Shown here: positions 51,172 to 60,916 of the stretch, piece by piece
How positions within the stretch are numbered: the stretch's first letter is position 1
Layout: each line of letters starts with the position of its first letter
Origin: Candidatus Kapaibacterium sp.
Lineage (GTDB): Bacteria > Bacteroidota > Ignavibacteria > Kapaibacteriales > UBA2268
Length of the DNA: 64,000 bases
Reading direction: 5' to 3'
Assembly (NCBI GenBank): GCA_963664875.1
Contig: OY761611.1
Coordinates: 3,136,001 to 3,200,000 of the forward strand
Position numbers and translations under genes: made by a program
Notes under the pieces: model-generated
Told to the model about the DNA's origin: nothing
The model's database searches: none
Seen by the model: the letters and a program-made list of their open reading frames with translations, nothing else

Positions 51172-52674
51172 ATGTTGGAAAATACTTTTAGCACTCCCGA
51201 AGAAAATTTTACAGATAATCCAACAGGAGCTGAAGAAGTTGCCCCTATGGAATATGAAGGGGAAGGTCATTTATACGTTGTTTCGACTCCTATTGGAAAC
51301 AGAAACGATATCTCACAGCGTGCAATTTCTACTCTCAAAAATGCCGACTTGGTTGTATGCGAAGAGATGAAATTAGGGGCTCGTTTGTTGCATCAGCTTA
51401 ATCTTCGCAATGAGTTAGATAATCTCAACGAGCAAAATGAAGAAATTAAAACATCTGAGCTTATTAGTATGCTCAAAGATGGAAAATCCCTGGCTCTTAT
51501 CTCTGATGCAGGCACTCCTGTATTTGCTGACCCCGGCTATATGCTTGTCAAGCGAGCTATTGAAAGCAAAATTGCAGTAACAGTAGTTCCGGGTGCTTCA
51601 AGTATTATGACTGCACTCGTCAGAAGCTCTTTCCCTATGAAATCTTTTCTTTTTGCAGGTTTTTTGTCGCGTACTCCTTCAGAAAGGTTGCACGAACTTA
51701 CTCTTCTTTCGGAAGAACCTCGCACTGTGTGCCTGCTTGAAACTCCTTACAGATTATTGCCGCTTCTCGAAGCAGCAGCGAGAGTAATGCCTAATAGGAA
51801 TGCTTATATTGGCTTTAATCTTACTATGCCTTTTGAGACTCATCACTATGGTACTTTCAAAGAGCTTTTTGAACATTTCTCTGAAAAAAGACTAAAAGCT
51901 GAATTTGTCATTTGCTTCGAAGGCGTAGATCCCGGAAGAGAAAGAAGAACTATTGAAAGATTTGTTCCTGCTGAAAATGCAGGTAGCGAAGAGTTCTTTG
52001 AAGATAATAACAGACAGGGGCGCTCTTTTGACAGAAGCGACAGAAAAAGAGATTCTAAATCTCGCGACAATAGAGGTAAAAACGACAGATTCGGCAAAGG
52101 CAGAGACGACCGAGACAACAGAGACAGAGGTGATAGATTCGGCAAAGGTAGAGATGACCGAGACAACAGAGACAGAGGTGATAGATTCGGCAAAGGCAGA
52201 GACGACCGAGACAACAGAGACAGAGGTGATAGATTCGGTAAAGGCAGAGACGACCGAGACAACAGAGACAGAGGCGACAGATTCGGCAAAGGTAGAGATG
52301 ACCGAGACAACAGAGACAGAGGCGATAGATTCGGCAAAGGCAGAGACGACCGAGATAACAGAGACAGAGGCGACAGATTCGGCAAAGGTAGAGATGACCG
52401 AGATAACAGAGACAGAGGTGATAGATTCGGCAAAGGCAGAGATGACCGAGACAACAGAGACAGAGGCGACAGATTCGGCAAAGGTAGAGATGACCGAGAC
52501 AAACGAGACAGATTTGGCAAAGGCAGAGACGATAAATTTGGAAAGAAAAAGGACAATTTTTCCTCAAGGTCTGATAAAAAAGGAAAATTTGGTGCAAAAC
52601 CTAAAGAAAAAAGAGAGTTGTACTCAAAAGACATAACTAAAGAAGTCTTGCAGGAATTCTCTCGTAGAAAATAG
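51172..52674 (+). CDS. rsmI: 16S rRNA C1402 2'-O-methyltransferase with long Arg/Asp repeat tail
   Basis: LYVVSTPIGN, ISDAGTP..DPG, VPGAS, ETPYRL; start at MLENT. Confidence 0.93.
   Translation: MLENTFSTPEENFTDNPTGAEEVAPMEYEGEGHLYVVSTPIGNRNDISQRAISTLKNADLVVCEEMKLGARLLHQLNLRNELDNLNEQNEEIKTSELISMLKDGKSLALISDAGTPVFADPGYMLVKRAIESKIAVTVVPGASSIMTALVRSSFPMKSFLFAGFLSRTPSERLHELTLLSEEPRTVCLLETPYRLLPLLEAAARVMPNRNAYIGFNLTMPFETHHYGTFKELFEHFSEKRLKAEFVICFEGVDPGRERRTIERFVPAENAGSEEFFEDNNRQGRSFDRSDRKRDSKSRDNRGKNDRFGKGRDDRDNRDRGDRFGKGRDDRDNRDRGDRFGKGRDDRDNRDRGDRFGKGRDDRDNRDRGDRFGKGRDDRDNRDRGDRFGKGRDDRDNRDRGDRFGKGRDDRDNRDRGDRFGKGRDDRDNRDRGDRFGKGRDDRDKRDRFGKGRDDKFGKKKDNFSSRSDKKGKFGAKPKEKRELYSKDITKEVLQEFSRRK
52084..52533 (+). 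repeat. 48-bp coding tandem repeat (DRFGKGRDDRDNRDRG) x8 plus 2 partial units
   Basis: Units start at 52084, 52132 ... 52420; partial units at 52468 and 52507. Confidence 0.97.
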
Positions 52675-52721
52675 TTTAATATTCGCAAATATAGATGTTT
52701 GGTAAATTGAGCAGGTGAAGT

Positions 52722-54359
52722 ATGGAAACTGCAAAAATAAGAGGCAATCTAATCGATATTATAGAAAAGCAAATTTATCCCGCAGAAATTACTATTTCTC
52801 AGGGCAAAATTAGCGAAATCAGACAGGTGGATGAAGCTCCCGAGGTATTTATTTTGCCCGGATTGATAGATTCTCATGTCCATATCGAAAGTTCCATGCT
52901 TACACCCGCTGAGTTTGCAAAAGCTGCTGTCAAATCCGGCACTATAGCTTGTGTTTCTGATCCTCACGAGATTGCAAACGTTTGTGGCAGATCCGGTGTC
53001 GAGTATATGATAGAGAGTGGGAAATCTGTTCCTTTCAAGTTCTATTTCGGTGCTCCTTCATGTGTTCCCGCTACAAATTTCGAATCTTCAGGTGCTAAAA
53101 TAGACATCGAAGACTTAAAATATTTATTTGAAAAATATAAGCTTAAGTATCTAAGCGAAATGATGAACTTCCCGGGTGTCGTTCATAATTTCCCTGATGT
53201 TATAGAAAAAATTGAACTTGCAAAAGCCTTTAGCAAGCCTATTGATGGTCATGCTCCCGGTTTAGCAGGCGAAGAACTAAAATCTTATGTCGCAGCCGGT
53301 ATTAGTACCGATCACGAATGTTTCACTTTGCGTGAAGCTGAAGAAAAGATAGCACTCGGCATGAAAGTTCTCATCAGAGAAGGCTCTGCTGCCAAAAACT
53401 TTGAAGCTCTACATATGCTAATCAGCAAACATCCGGATATGACTATGCTGTGTAGCGATGACAAACATCCTGACGATTTATGCAAAGGTCATATCAATAA
53501 ACTTATACTTAGAGCTTTGGCTTACGGGCATGACTTATTTGATATTTTGACAGTTGCCATTAAAAATCCGATAGAACATTATGGATTGGATTGTGGTATG
53601 CTGCGCTTAGGAGATCCGGCAGATTTTATTATAATCGACAGTCTTACAAAATTTGAAATACAAAGCACCTATATTGATGGTAAAGAAGTTTATTCTTCGG
53701 AGAGAGGTATTAGCTTCGAAGAATCCAATAAAATTCAGCCTATTAACAATTTTAATATTAGCCATATCTTGCCTGAAGACTTGCTTGTTCCTGCTTCGAG
53801 TAGTAAAATCAGAGTTATAGAGGCGATGGATGGTGAGCTGATAACAAACGAGATAATTTGCGAAGCCAAAATTGAAAACGATCTTTATGTTTCCGATCCT
53901 GAACAGGATATCTTAAAAATATGTGTGGTTAGCAGATACAAGCAATCTAAACCGGCATGTGCTTTTATCAGAGGTTTTGGTTTGAAGTATGGAGCAATAG
54001 CTTCAAGTGTCGGACATGATTCGCATAATATCTGTGCTGTCGGCACAAATGACAAAGATTTATTGAAAGCTATAAATACCGTGATTGATTCGAAAGGTGG
54101 AATGTCGCTTTGTCATAATGACAAATTGCTTGCTTTGTCCCTCCCCGTTGCCGGATTGATGAGCGATGAGCCGGCAAGGATATTAGGGCAAAGATATCAT
54201 GTGCTCAATCAGGAAGCAAAATCGCTCGGCAGTAATCTTAATGCACCATTTATGACTCTTTCCTTTATGGCTTTGTTGGTCATCCCAAGCTTAAAACTTA
54301 GCGATAAGGGATTGTTCGATGGCATAAATTTCAAATTTACCGGTTTATCAGTTGATTAG
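52722..54359 (+). CDS. ade: Adenine deaminase
   Basis: DSHVHIESS, DPHEIANV, DGHAPG, TDHEC, REGSAAKN, HDSHN. Confidence 0.96.
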   Translation: METAKIRGNLIDIIEKQIYPAEITISQGKISEIRQVDEAPEVFILPGLIDSHVHIESSMLTPAEFAKAAVKSGTIACVSDPHEIANVCGRSGVEYMIESGKSVPFKFYFGAPSCVPATNFESSGAKIDIEDLKYLFEKYKLKYLSEMMNFPGVVHNFPDVIEKIELAKAFSKPIDGHAPGLAGEELKSYVAAGISTDHECFTLREAEEKIALGMKVLIREGSAAKNFEALHMLISKHPDMTMLCSDDKHPDDLCKGHINKLILRALAYGHDLFDILTVAIKNPIEHYGLDCGMLRLGDPADFIIIDSLTKFEIQSTYIDGKEVYSSERGISFEESNKIQPINNFNISHILPEDLLVPASSSKIRVIEAMDGELITNEIICEAKIENDLYVSDPEQDILKICVVSRYKQSKPACAFIRGFGLKYGAIASSVGHDSHNICAVGTNDKDLLKAINTVIDSKGGMSLCHNDKLLALSLPVAGLMSDEPARILGQRYHVLNQEAKSLGSNLNAPFMTLSFMALLVIPSLKLSDKGLFDGINFKFTGLSVD

Positions 54360-54450
54360 TGATAGTTCTACTTTTCCTTTGATACTTGGAATCCTCGTTT
54401 GGATTCAGTTTTTTTAACAAATATTGACTACAATACTTGCAGAAAGATAG

Positions 54451-55557
54451 ATGGAGATTGGCAATTACATATTTCCTGTGCCGCTCGGAGGATTTGGCGG
54501 TTTGGAAATGCAGATGGCAAAAAGAGCTAAAGATATTATCAACAAAGGTGGCAACTCCTTACTTATTACTCTTGAAAATTCCAGATTAGACAAATATGCA
54601 AAAGAGCTGGGAATCTCCACTGTACACGCAAAGCCAAAGCGAAAGTATTTTGATTTAGATTTGGCAAAAATTATAGCCTATAACTCTAAAAAAAATAATT
54701 GCAATAAGTGTATCGTTGGCACCACTGCCTTGCTATCCACTGCTGTCCTTGCCAATAAGCTATACGGTGCGGGTTTAGACATTTTCCTTTATCAGCAAAT
54801 GCAATCTGATATTAAAAAGAAGGACCTAGTACATAATTTTATCTATCGTAATATCAAGGGAGCTATCACTCTTACCGAGAAAATGAGAGGCGAGCTTCTC
54901 AAAAATACTATCATCAAAAGCCACAAAGTCAAAGCTATACCTTACGGGATAGAGATTGAAAAGTTTAATCCCAACAATCACATCAAATCCGAATGCAGAG
55001 CCATGTTCGGACTGCCTATTCACAAGTTCATCTTTGGTTACATAGCAAGGATAGAAGACCAAAAAGACCAAAAAACAGCTATCAAAGCTTTTGCCAAGTC
55101 AAAATTAGATGATGCTTTGCTTTGTCTTGCCGGCACTCCGGCTACTAAAGAATACCTCGCTGAACTTCAGCAGCTAATAACCGAGCACTCCTTAGAAGAT
55201 TCTGTAAAAATACTTGATTTCACACCTCATGTAGATAAGCTTATGAATGCATTTGATGTCTTTGTGATGTCGTCACAATCTGAAACATTCGGATTGGTCA
55301 ATGCAGAGGCTCTTGCATCAGGCTTGCCTGTACTTGCAACAGATAGCGGAGGAGTTCCTGAAATAATCAAGCACAATGAAAACGGACTTCTTTTTACCCA
55401 GAAAGATTACGAAACACTATCTCAGTATATGGCATTGATTTGCAGAAATGAAGAACTTATCCGAAAATTTTCGCAATCAGGTTTAGCTTATGCAAAGCAG
55501 CATTATGATTACGAAACCCAGACCTCAAAGTTCCTTGAATTTTGTGAGTCAATTTAA
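54451..55557 (+). CDS. Glycosyltransferase family 4
   Basis: GGLE N-terminal motif, ETFGLVNAEA (EX7E), GGVPEII. Confidence 0.92.
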   Translation: MEIGNYIFPVPLGGFGGLEMQMAKRAKDIINKGGNSLLITLENSRLDKYAKELGISTVHAKPKRKYFDLDLAKIIAYNSKKNNCNKCIVGTTALLSTAVLANKLYGAGLDIFLYQQMQSDIKKKDLVHNFIYRNIKGAITLTEKMRGELLKNTIIKSHKVKAIPYGIEIEKFNPNNHIKSECRAMFGLPIHKFIFGYIARIEDQKDQKTAIKAFAKSKLDDALLCLAGTPATKEYLAELQQLITEHSLEDSVKILDFTPHVDKLMNAFDVFVMSSQSETFGLVNAEALASGLPVLATDSGGVPEIIKHNENGLLFTQKDYETLSQYMALICRNEELIRKFSQSGLAYAKQHYDYETQTSKFLEFCESI

Positions 55558-55784
55558 ATTTTTTGTGTAGTAATCAGTCTTCTTCATTGTGATGCTACAA
55601 TGAACTTAATAATTTCATAGCCCATATCGTCCTATTTTAGAATTGGTTAGCAGTAACTCAAGGTACTGTTGATTAAAAATATTCACTTCTGCATAAATTT
55701 TACACACAATTCATATAAGTGAATCACGTCTGTGAATATGAACTTATAATTTGCGGGTAGAATCAAAGATTGGCAAAAACATCT

Positions 55785-57116
55785 ATGAATATGAATAAAT
55801 TGGACGACAAACATTTCGAGCAAAAGCTCTTCCTTTTAGTCAATATAGTAGCCTCTGTGTTTGCACTAATTGCTTTTATTGGTGATGTAATTATTCGTAC
55901 ACATACATGGACTGCAATAAACTCTCTGATTCCTCTGCTTACATTCTCTTTTTTGACTTATTTGACTAAAAAAGGAGTTAGCTATTCTAAGCTCATTTTC
56001 CCTTTTATCGTGGCTTCGGTATTCTCTGTTGCTTCTACATTTTTTCTATTTGGGGGGTACGAAGGAGGAGCAGTCCTAATTGCAATCTCGCTGATAATTG
56101 GTATCTCGATATTTAGCGACAGGAAACTTGTCCGTGGAACAGTCCTTTTTGTTATTTCTATGCTAAGTGTGCTGTTTTTCCTGCAAAAGTCGAATCCTGA
56201 TGTTGTCGTGGCTTATACCTCACCGGATGAGAGATTTTATGACTATTTGCTATCTTCTGTTTTCTCGTTGGCAATAGTTTCTATTTTTATTGATTTGATA
56301 GTCAATCGTTATAGAAATTACCAACAGGACATTCGTAAAGAACGAGAAACGGTTTTGGCTCAAAATGCAATTATTCAAAACAAAAATGATTCTCTCGCAG
56401 AACTGAACAAGACCAAAGACAAGTTTTTTTCAATTATTTCACATGACTTGAAAAATCCACTTTCTACTTTCAAAGACGGTCTGAAAATGCTTCGCCAGGA
56501 TGCTAATTTGTTAACGAAAGAGGACAGAGATGATATTATAAACACCTTGAGCCGCAATGCAGAGGTTACCTATGAATTACTTGAAAATTTGCTTGCATGG
56601 TCAAGAATTCAGACGGGTAGATTCCCTTATCATCCTGAAAAGTTTGTACTTAATGGGATTATTAGTTTCAATGTTAGCCTGATGGAATCGCATGCAAAAA
56701 GCAAAAATATCGAAATAGACTACAAATTGGACGACATATATAATGTTTTTGCGGATCAAAATATGATTTCTGCAGTTATTCGCAATTTGCTTTCTAATGC
56801 TGTCAAATATACTCCACTTGGAGGCAAAATCAGTATATACATCTACAAAGGTGTTCAGGAAACAAGACTCACCATAGAAGATAACGGCATTGGAATGACC
56901 GAAGAAAAAATAAACGAATTGTTTAAAATTGATAACACTTACTCTCAAAAAGGCACTAATGGTGAGTTTGGTACCGGCTTAGGGCTTATCTTGTGCAAAG
57001 AGTTTATAGAAAAGAATTCCGGCAAAATTGCTGTAAGAAGCCAAGCCGGGAAAGGTAGTGCTTTTACAATTACAATTCCTTCTGGTCCTCTCAAAATTGT
57101 CCCTATGCCTATATAA
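55785..57116 (+). CDS. Membrane sensor histidine kinase
   Basis: ~5 TM segments, SHDLKNP H-box, NLLSNAVKY, DNGIG, GTGLGL. Confidence 0.93.
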   Translation: MNMNKLDDKHFEQKLFLLVNIVASVFALIAFIGDVIIRTHTWTAINSLIPLLTFSFLTYLTKKGVSYSKLIFPFIVASVFSVASTFFLFGGYEGGAVLIAISLIIGISIFSDRKLVRGTVLFVISMLSVLFFLQKSNPDVVVAYTSPDERFYDYLLSSVFSLAIVSIFIDLIVNRYRNYQQDIRKERETVLAQNAIIQNKNDSLAELNKTKDKFFSIISHDLKNPLSTFKDGLKMLRQDANLLTKEDRDDIINTLSRNAEVTYELLENLLAWSRIQTGRFPYHPEKFVLNGIISFNVSLMESHAKSKNIEIDYKLDDIYNVFADQNMISAVIRNLLSNAVKYTPLGGKISIYIYKGVQETRLTIEDNGIGMTEEKINELFKIDNTYSQKGTNGEFGTGLGLILCKEFIEKNSGKIAVRSQAGKGSAFTITIPSGPLKIVPMPI

Positions 57117-57260
57117 TGTTTGCTTTATTGTTCTTATATTAGCAACTCCATTTTCTTTCCTCAAAATTCAATTCCTCAATTTTGCCTATATTTGTGCTTG
57201 TCTATAATAATTTTTGCTGTAATACGAGACAAAAGAAGTACATATAAAACAGAGGAGCAA

Positions 57261-58559
57261 ATGAAAACTAAAAATGTCAAAAATATTTCAGTCATTACTC
57301 TTGGCTGTGCTAAAAATGTTTATGATTCCGAGAAATTGATTGGTATGCTCGAAGGCAATAACCTAAAATATACTGAAGATATCAACAATACTGATGGTCT
57401 GATAATAAATACCTGTGGTTTCATCGAAGCCTCCAAACAAGAAAGTATTGATTATATCTTTCAGGCTTGCGAAATGAAAAAATCCGGCAAGTTACAGTCC
57501 TTGATTGTTATGGGATGCCTTGTAGAAAGATATAAAAAAGAATTGGCTTCTCAGATTGATGCTGTTGATCATTTTGTAGGGGTTAATTCTCAAGAACAAA
57601 TTGTCAAAATGCTGGTTGGAGACGAAAAATTTAGTTTGATCAATGAAAGAGTGCTATTGACTCCAAAGCATTCTGCATTTTTGAAAATATCAGAAGGATG
57701 TGACCATAAATGTGGTTTTTGTGCTATTCCGGGCATCAGAGGTAAACATATTTCACGCCCAATTGATGATATAATAGACGAAGCCAAAAAGCTGGTTGAT
57801 GGCGGTACAAAAGAAATAGTTGTTATTGCACAAGATACTACTTTCTATGGAAAAGATTTGTATGGAGAAAGAAGAATTGCAGAGCTTGCCGAAAAGCTGT
57901 CTGACATTAAGGGTTTGGATTGGGTAAGATTTATGTACGCTTACCCGACTGCCTATCCTCTTGAATTTTTAGATGTCATGGCATCAAGGGATAATATATG
58001 CAACTATGTTGATATACCTTTGCAGCATATTTCAGATTCTGTCCTCAAATCTATGCGACGTGGTATCACCGGCGACCGCATCAGAGAGCTAATAGATACT
58101 ATGCGTCATAAAGTGCCGGGCATCTCTATTCGTAGTACTTTTATCACAGGCTACCCGAATGAGACAGAAAAAGATTTCGAAGAGTTGCTTACATTCATTG
58201 AGGAATACAAATTAGATAGGGTAGGAGTCTTTACTTACTCGAGGGAGGATGGTACGCCTTCTTACGAGTTACTTGATCCTATCCCACCTAAAATAAAACA
58301 GGAAAGAGCTGAAAAATTAATGATATTGCAACAACAAATATCACTAAATATTAATGAATCAAAAATAGACTCTGTTCGTAAGGTATTAATAGACGAAATC
58401 AATGAAGATGGCTCGTACTTTGGTCGTACTGAGCACGATGCACCCGAAGTGGATAATGGTGTGATTTTCACATCTGACAAAAAACTAAACATTGGCGAAT
58501 TTGTCAGTGTTAAGATTACGCATGCTGAAGAATATGATTTATTTGGTACTACGGAGTAA
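57261..58559 (+). CDS. rimO: Ribosomal protein S12 methylthiotransferase
   Basis: LGCAKNVYDSE, NTCGFI, CDHKCGFC, TRAM domain APEVDN; SD GAGGAG before ATG 57261. Confidence 0.95.
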   Translation: MKTKNVKNISVITLGCAKNVYDSEKLIGMLEGNNLKYTEDINNTDGLIINTCGFIEASKQESIDYIFQACEMKKSGKLQSLIVMGCLVERYKKELASQIDAVDHFVGVNSQEQIVKMLVGDEKFSLINERVLLTPKHSAFLKISEGCDHKCGFCAIPGIRGKHISRPIDDIIDEAKKLVDGGTKEIVVIAQDTTFYGKDLYGERRIAELAEKLSDIKGLDWVRFMYAYPTAYPLEFLDVMASRDNICNYVDIPLQHISDSVLKSMRRGITGDRIRELIDTMRHKVPGISIRSTFITGYPNETEKDFEELLTFIEEYKLDRVGVFTYSREDGTPSYELLDPIPPKIKQERAEKLMILQQQISLNINESKIDSVRKVLIDEINEDGSYFGRTEHDAPEVDNGVIFTSDKKLNIGEFVSVKITHAEEYDLFGTTE

Positions 58560-58564
58560 TTATT

Positions 58565-59920
58565 ATGAATAAAATTCAGAGAACAATAAAAGACAGCAGA
58601 GTTGGCAATACCGCCGACAAAATTATTACTACATTCCAGAACTTTGCCCATAGCACATCTGCAGGTGGTATTGTCCTGATTTTGGTTACTGTGTTAGCTA
58701 TGATTTGGGCAAATAGTCCTTATGCTGACTCTTATTTTGCTTTATGGCATACACAATTTACCATAGGCTTCGAAGGCTTTGCTCTTTCCAAACATCTTAG
58801 CCATTGGATAAATGATGGGCTTATGGCAATCTTCTTTTTTGTGGTTGGTTTGGAAATCAAAAGAGAAATACTTGTAGGCGAATTGTCTTCAATTAAAAAA
58901 TCAATGCTTCCGCTTATGGGAGCTCTTGGTGGGATGGTAGTGCCTGCATTGATTTATTTTATGATAAATAGTGGCACTCCTGATTTGCGTGGTTGGGGTA
59001 TTCCGGTAGCAACTGACATTGCATTTGCACTTGGAGTTCTTGCCTTGCTCGGCGATAAAGTCCCGGTTAGTTTGAAAGTATTTCTTACTGCTCTGGCTAT
59101 TGTTGATGATATAGGTGCGGTTTTGATTATCGCAATATTCTATACAAGCGAAATATCAATGATGGCTCTATACTTCGCAGGAGGTTTCCTTGCTCTGCTT
59201 ATGATAATGAATTATTTTAATGTCCGACATACAGTAGTTTATTTTATTTTGGGCGTCGGTTTGTGGATTGCATTTTTGAAATCCGGTATTCACGCTACTA
59301 TCGGCGGTATTCTTTTAGCATTTACTATTCCGGCTGTAGGTAAGTATAATAAAGAAGAATTCTGCCAAAAAAGCAACAAATTCATTGAAAAGCTAAACAG
59401 TCTAAAAGAAAAACCCGAAGGTGAAGAGTCCATAGATTACAGATTTAATGTTATTCAAAATCTTGAATCATTGGCAGAAAAGACTCAGTCTCCTCTTCAT
59501 AGATTAGAGCACTTTTTACATCCTTACGTTACTTGGGCTATTATGCCAATATTTGCCCTTGCCAATGCCGGAGTAAGTTTAGAAGGATTTAGTTTAGCTT
59601 CTATTAGCAATCCGGTTTCTATGGGTGTAATAGGTGGTTTATTTGTTGGTAAGCAACTTGGCGTATTCCTGTTTGTAATGATTGCTGTAATGCTTGGGAT
59701 AGCAAGTTTGCCACAAGGTGTAAGCAAAAAGCAAATATATGCGGTCAGCATACTGACGGGTATTGGTTTTACAATGTCACTTTTTGTAAGCAATCTTGCC
59801 TTTGGCGCTAGCGAAAGCGGGGATTATGCAAAGATAGGAATACTAATTGCCTCTCTTTTAGCAGGTGTCGCAGGTTATATTATGCTAAAAATGACAAGCA
59901 AACAGGAGCAGACACAATAG
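58565..59920 (+). CDS. nhaA: Na+/H+ antiporter NhaA
   Basis: WINDGLMAIFF, ATDIAFALG, LAIVDD, GIGFTMSLF. Confidence 0.97.
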   Translation: MNKIQRTIKDSRVGNTADKIITTFQNFAHSTSAGGIVLILVTVLAMIWANSPYADSYFALWHTQFTIGFEGFALSKHLSHWINDGLMAIFFFVVGLEIKREILVGELSSIKKSMLPLMGALGGMVVPALIYFMINSGTPDLRGWGIPVATDIAFALGVLALLGDKVPVSLKVFLTALAIVDDIGAVLIIAIFYTSEISMMALYFAGGFLALLMIMNYFNVRHTVVYFILGVGLWIAFLKSGIHATIGGILLAFTIPAVGKYNKEEFCQKSNKFIEKLNSLKEKPEGEESIDYRFNVIQNLESLAEKTQSPLHRLEHFLHPYVTWAIMPIFALANAGVSLEGFSLASISNPVSMGVIGGLFVGKQLGVFLFVMIAVMLGIASLPQGVSKKQIYAVSILTGIGFTMSLFVSNLAFGASESGDYAKIGILIASLLAGVAGYIMLKMTSKQEQTQ

Positions 59921-59941
59921 CTCCGATTCCAAAAATCAACC

Positions 59942-59986
59942 AAAGAGGTATCAAATATTTTTTACAAATGCGATACCTCTTTTTTT
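59942..59986 (+). terminator. Intrinsic terminator of nhaA
   Basis: AAAGAGGTATC...GATACCTCTTT followed by T-run. Confidence 0.75.
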
Positions 59987-60024
59987 GTGTAATCACATTT
60001 TTTTCTGACCTGTAAGTATTTCGT

Positions 60025-60816
60025 CCTGATTTATAATTAGAACTCAAAAATACCTGTCCCGTCATTTATTTGTTAAAAATAATACTATTCGTAAATCTAA
60101 ACAAACTTACTTTTGGAACCATTGAACAAGGGAAAGGTTGCTGAGCTGAGAGTTTATGCCGAGCAGAGTCGAGGCAAAGCATAACCCCTTGCCAAGGAAC
60201 AAGATAACTACATAAATTGGTTTTCAAATGACATTTTCCATCTAACTAATTGCAAGAAAGTGGTTGTTAGAATGAAAGACAACGATATGAAGAAAATTTT
60301 TATTATTTAAACCATATTGTGTTTATTAGTTAAACGTTGCAGTCGAATAATAGAGGTCAGTATGAATATATTTTCAGCTTGAAAGGCTGATAGATAATAG
60401 CCCATGGCATCGCCATGGGACGGTTGCAAGCATTGAGTAAACAGAGCCCTGTAAGGGCGGCAAGACTTTCCTTTACAGGTGATATAAATAAGAGATTGGT
60501 GTTACTTTTTCCATTTCTTTTTCTTTTTTTTGCGATAAAAAAGCAAAAAAAACGGAAACCAAAGAAAAAGAAAAAAGAACGCTTCGTCTCCTCTCCTCAT
60601 AAAGTGTTTAAGCGTAAGATGCGTATCCAATTAAGGAATTACTGAAAACAAATGTCTATATTATGGAGTGCTGATGCAATATATAGGCAATACACGGACT
60701 ATTTACTATGATATCATATATATTTTTTCGACTAAATGATATTTATAAAGAAAAAAATAGACAAACAGTTAGCTTCTTTTTGCCACAAACGCAAGTTTGT
60801 ATTAGGGATTTGGGTT
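60025..60816. repeat. ~790-bp non-coding composite repeat, copy 2
   Basis: Same orientation as and colinear with 8482-9271 (offset about 51.54 kb). Confidence 0.92.
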
Positions 60817-60848
60817 AAAGTTAACTTGCAACCAATTTTTACAAATAT

Positions 60849-60895
60849 AAAGAGCGATACCGATCTGCTTTTACACAGACCGATATCGCTCTTTA
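60849..60895. terminator. Intrinsic terminator of the large minus-strand gene
   Basis: AAAGAGCGATA...TATCGCTCTTT. Confidence 0.7.
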
Positions 60896-60916
60896 AGTCA
60901 CAAACAGAATTTTGCT

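Noticed and set aside
52084-52533. Possible CRISPR array
   Set aside because: Head-to-tail repeats with no unique spacers, in frame inside a gene, and no cas genes.
51846-52688. Long alternative-frame ORFs over the rsmI repeat (TETTETE..., LSLLSRSS..., Cys-rich)
   Set aside because: By-products of a stop-free 48-bp tandem; variation is consistently synonymous in the RsmI frame and changes residues in the shifted frames.
52686-52693. Antisense TATATTTG promoter box pointing into the rsmI 3' end
   Set aside because: No -33 element; such an 8-mer is expected by chance in AT-rich DNA.
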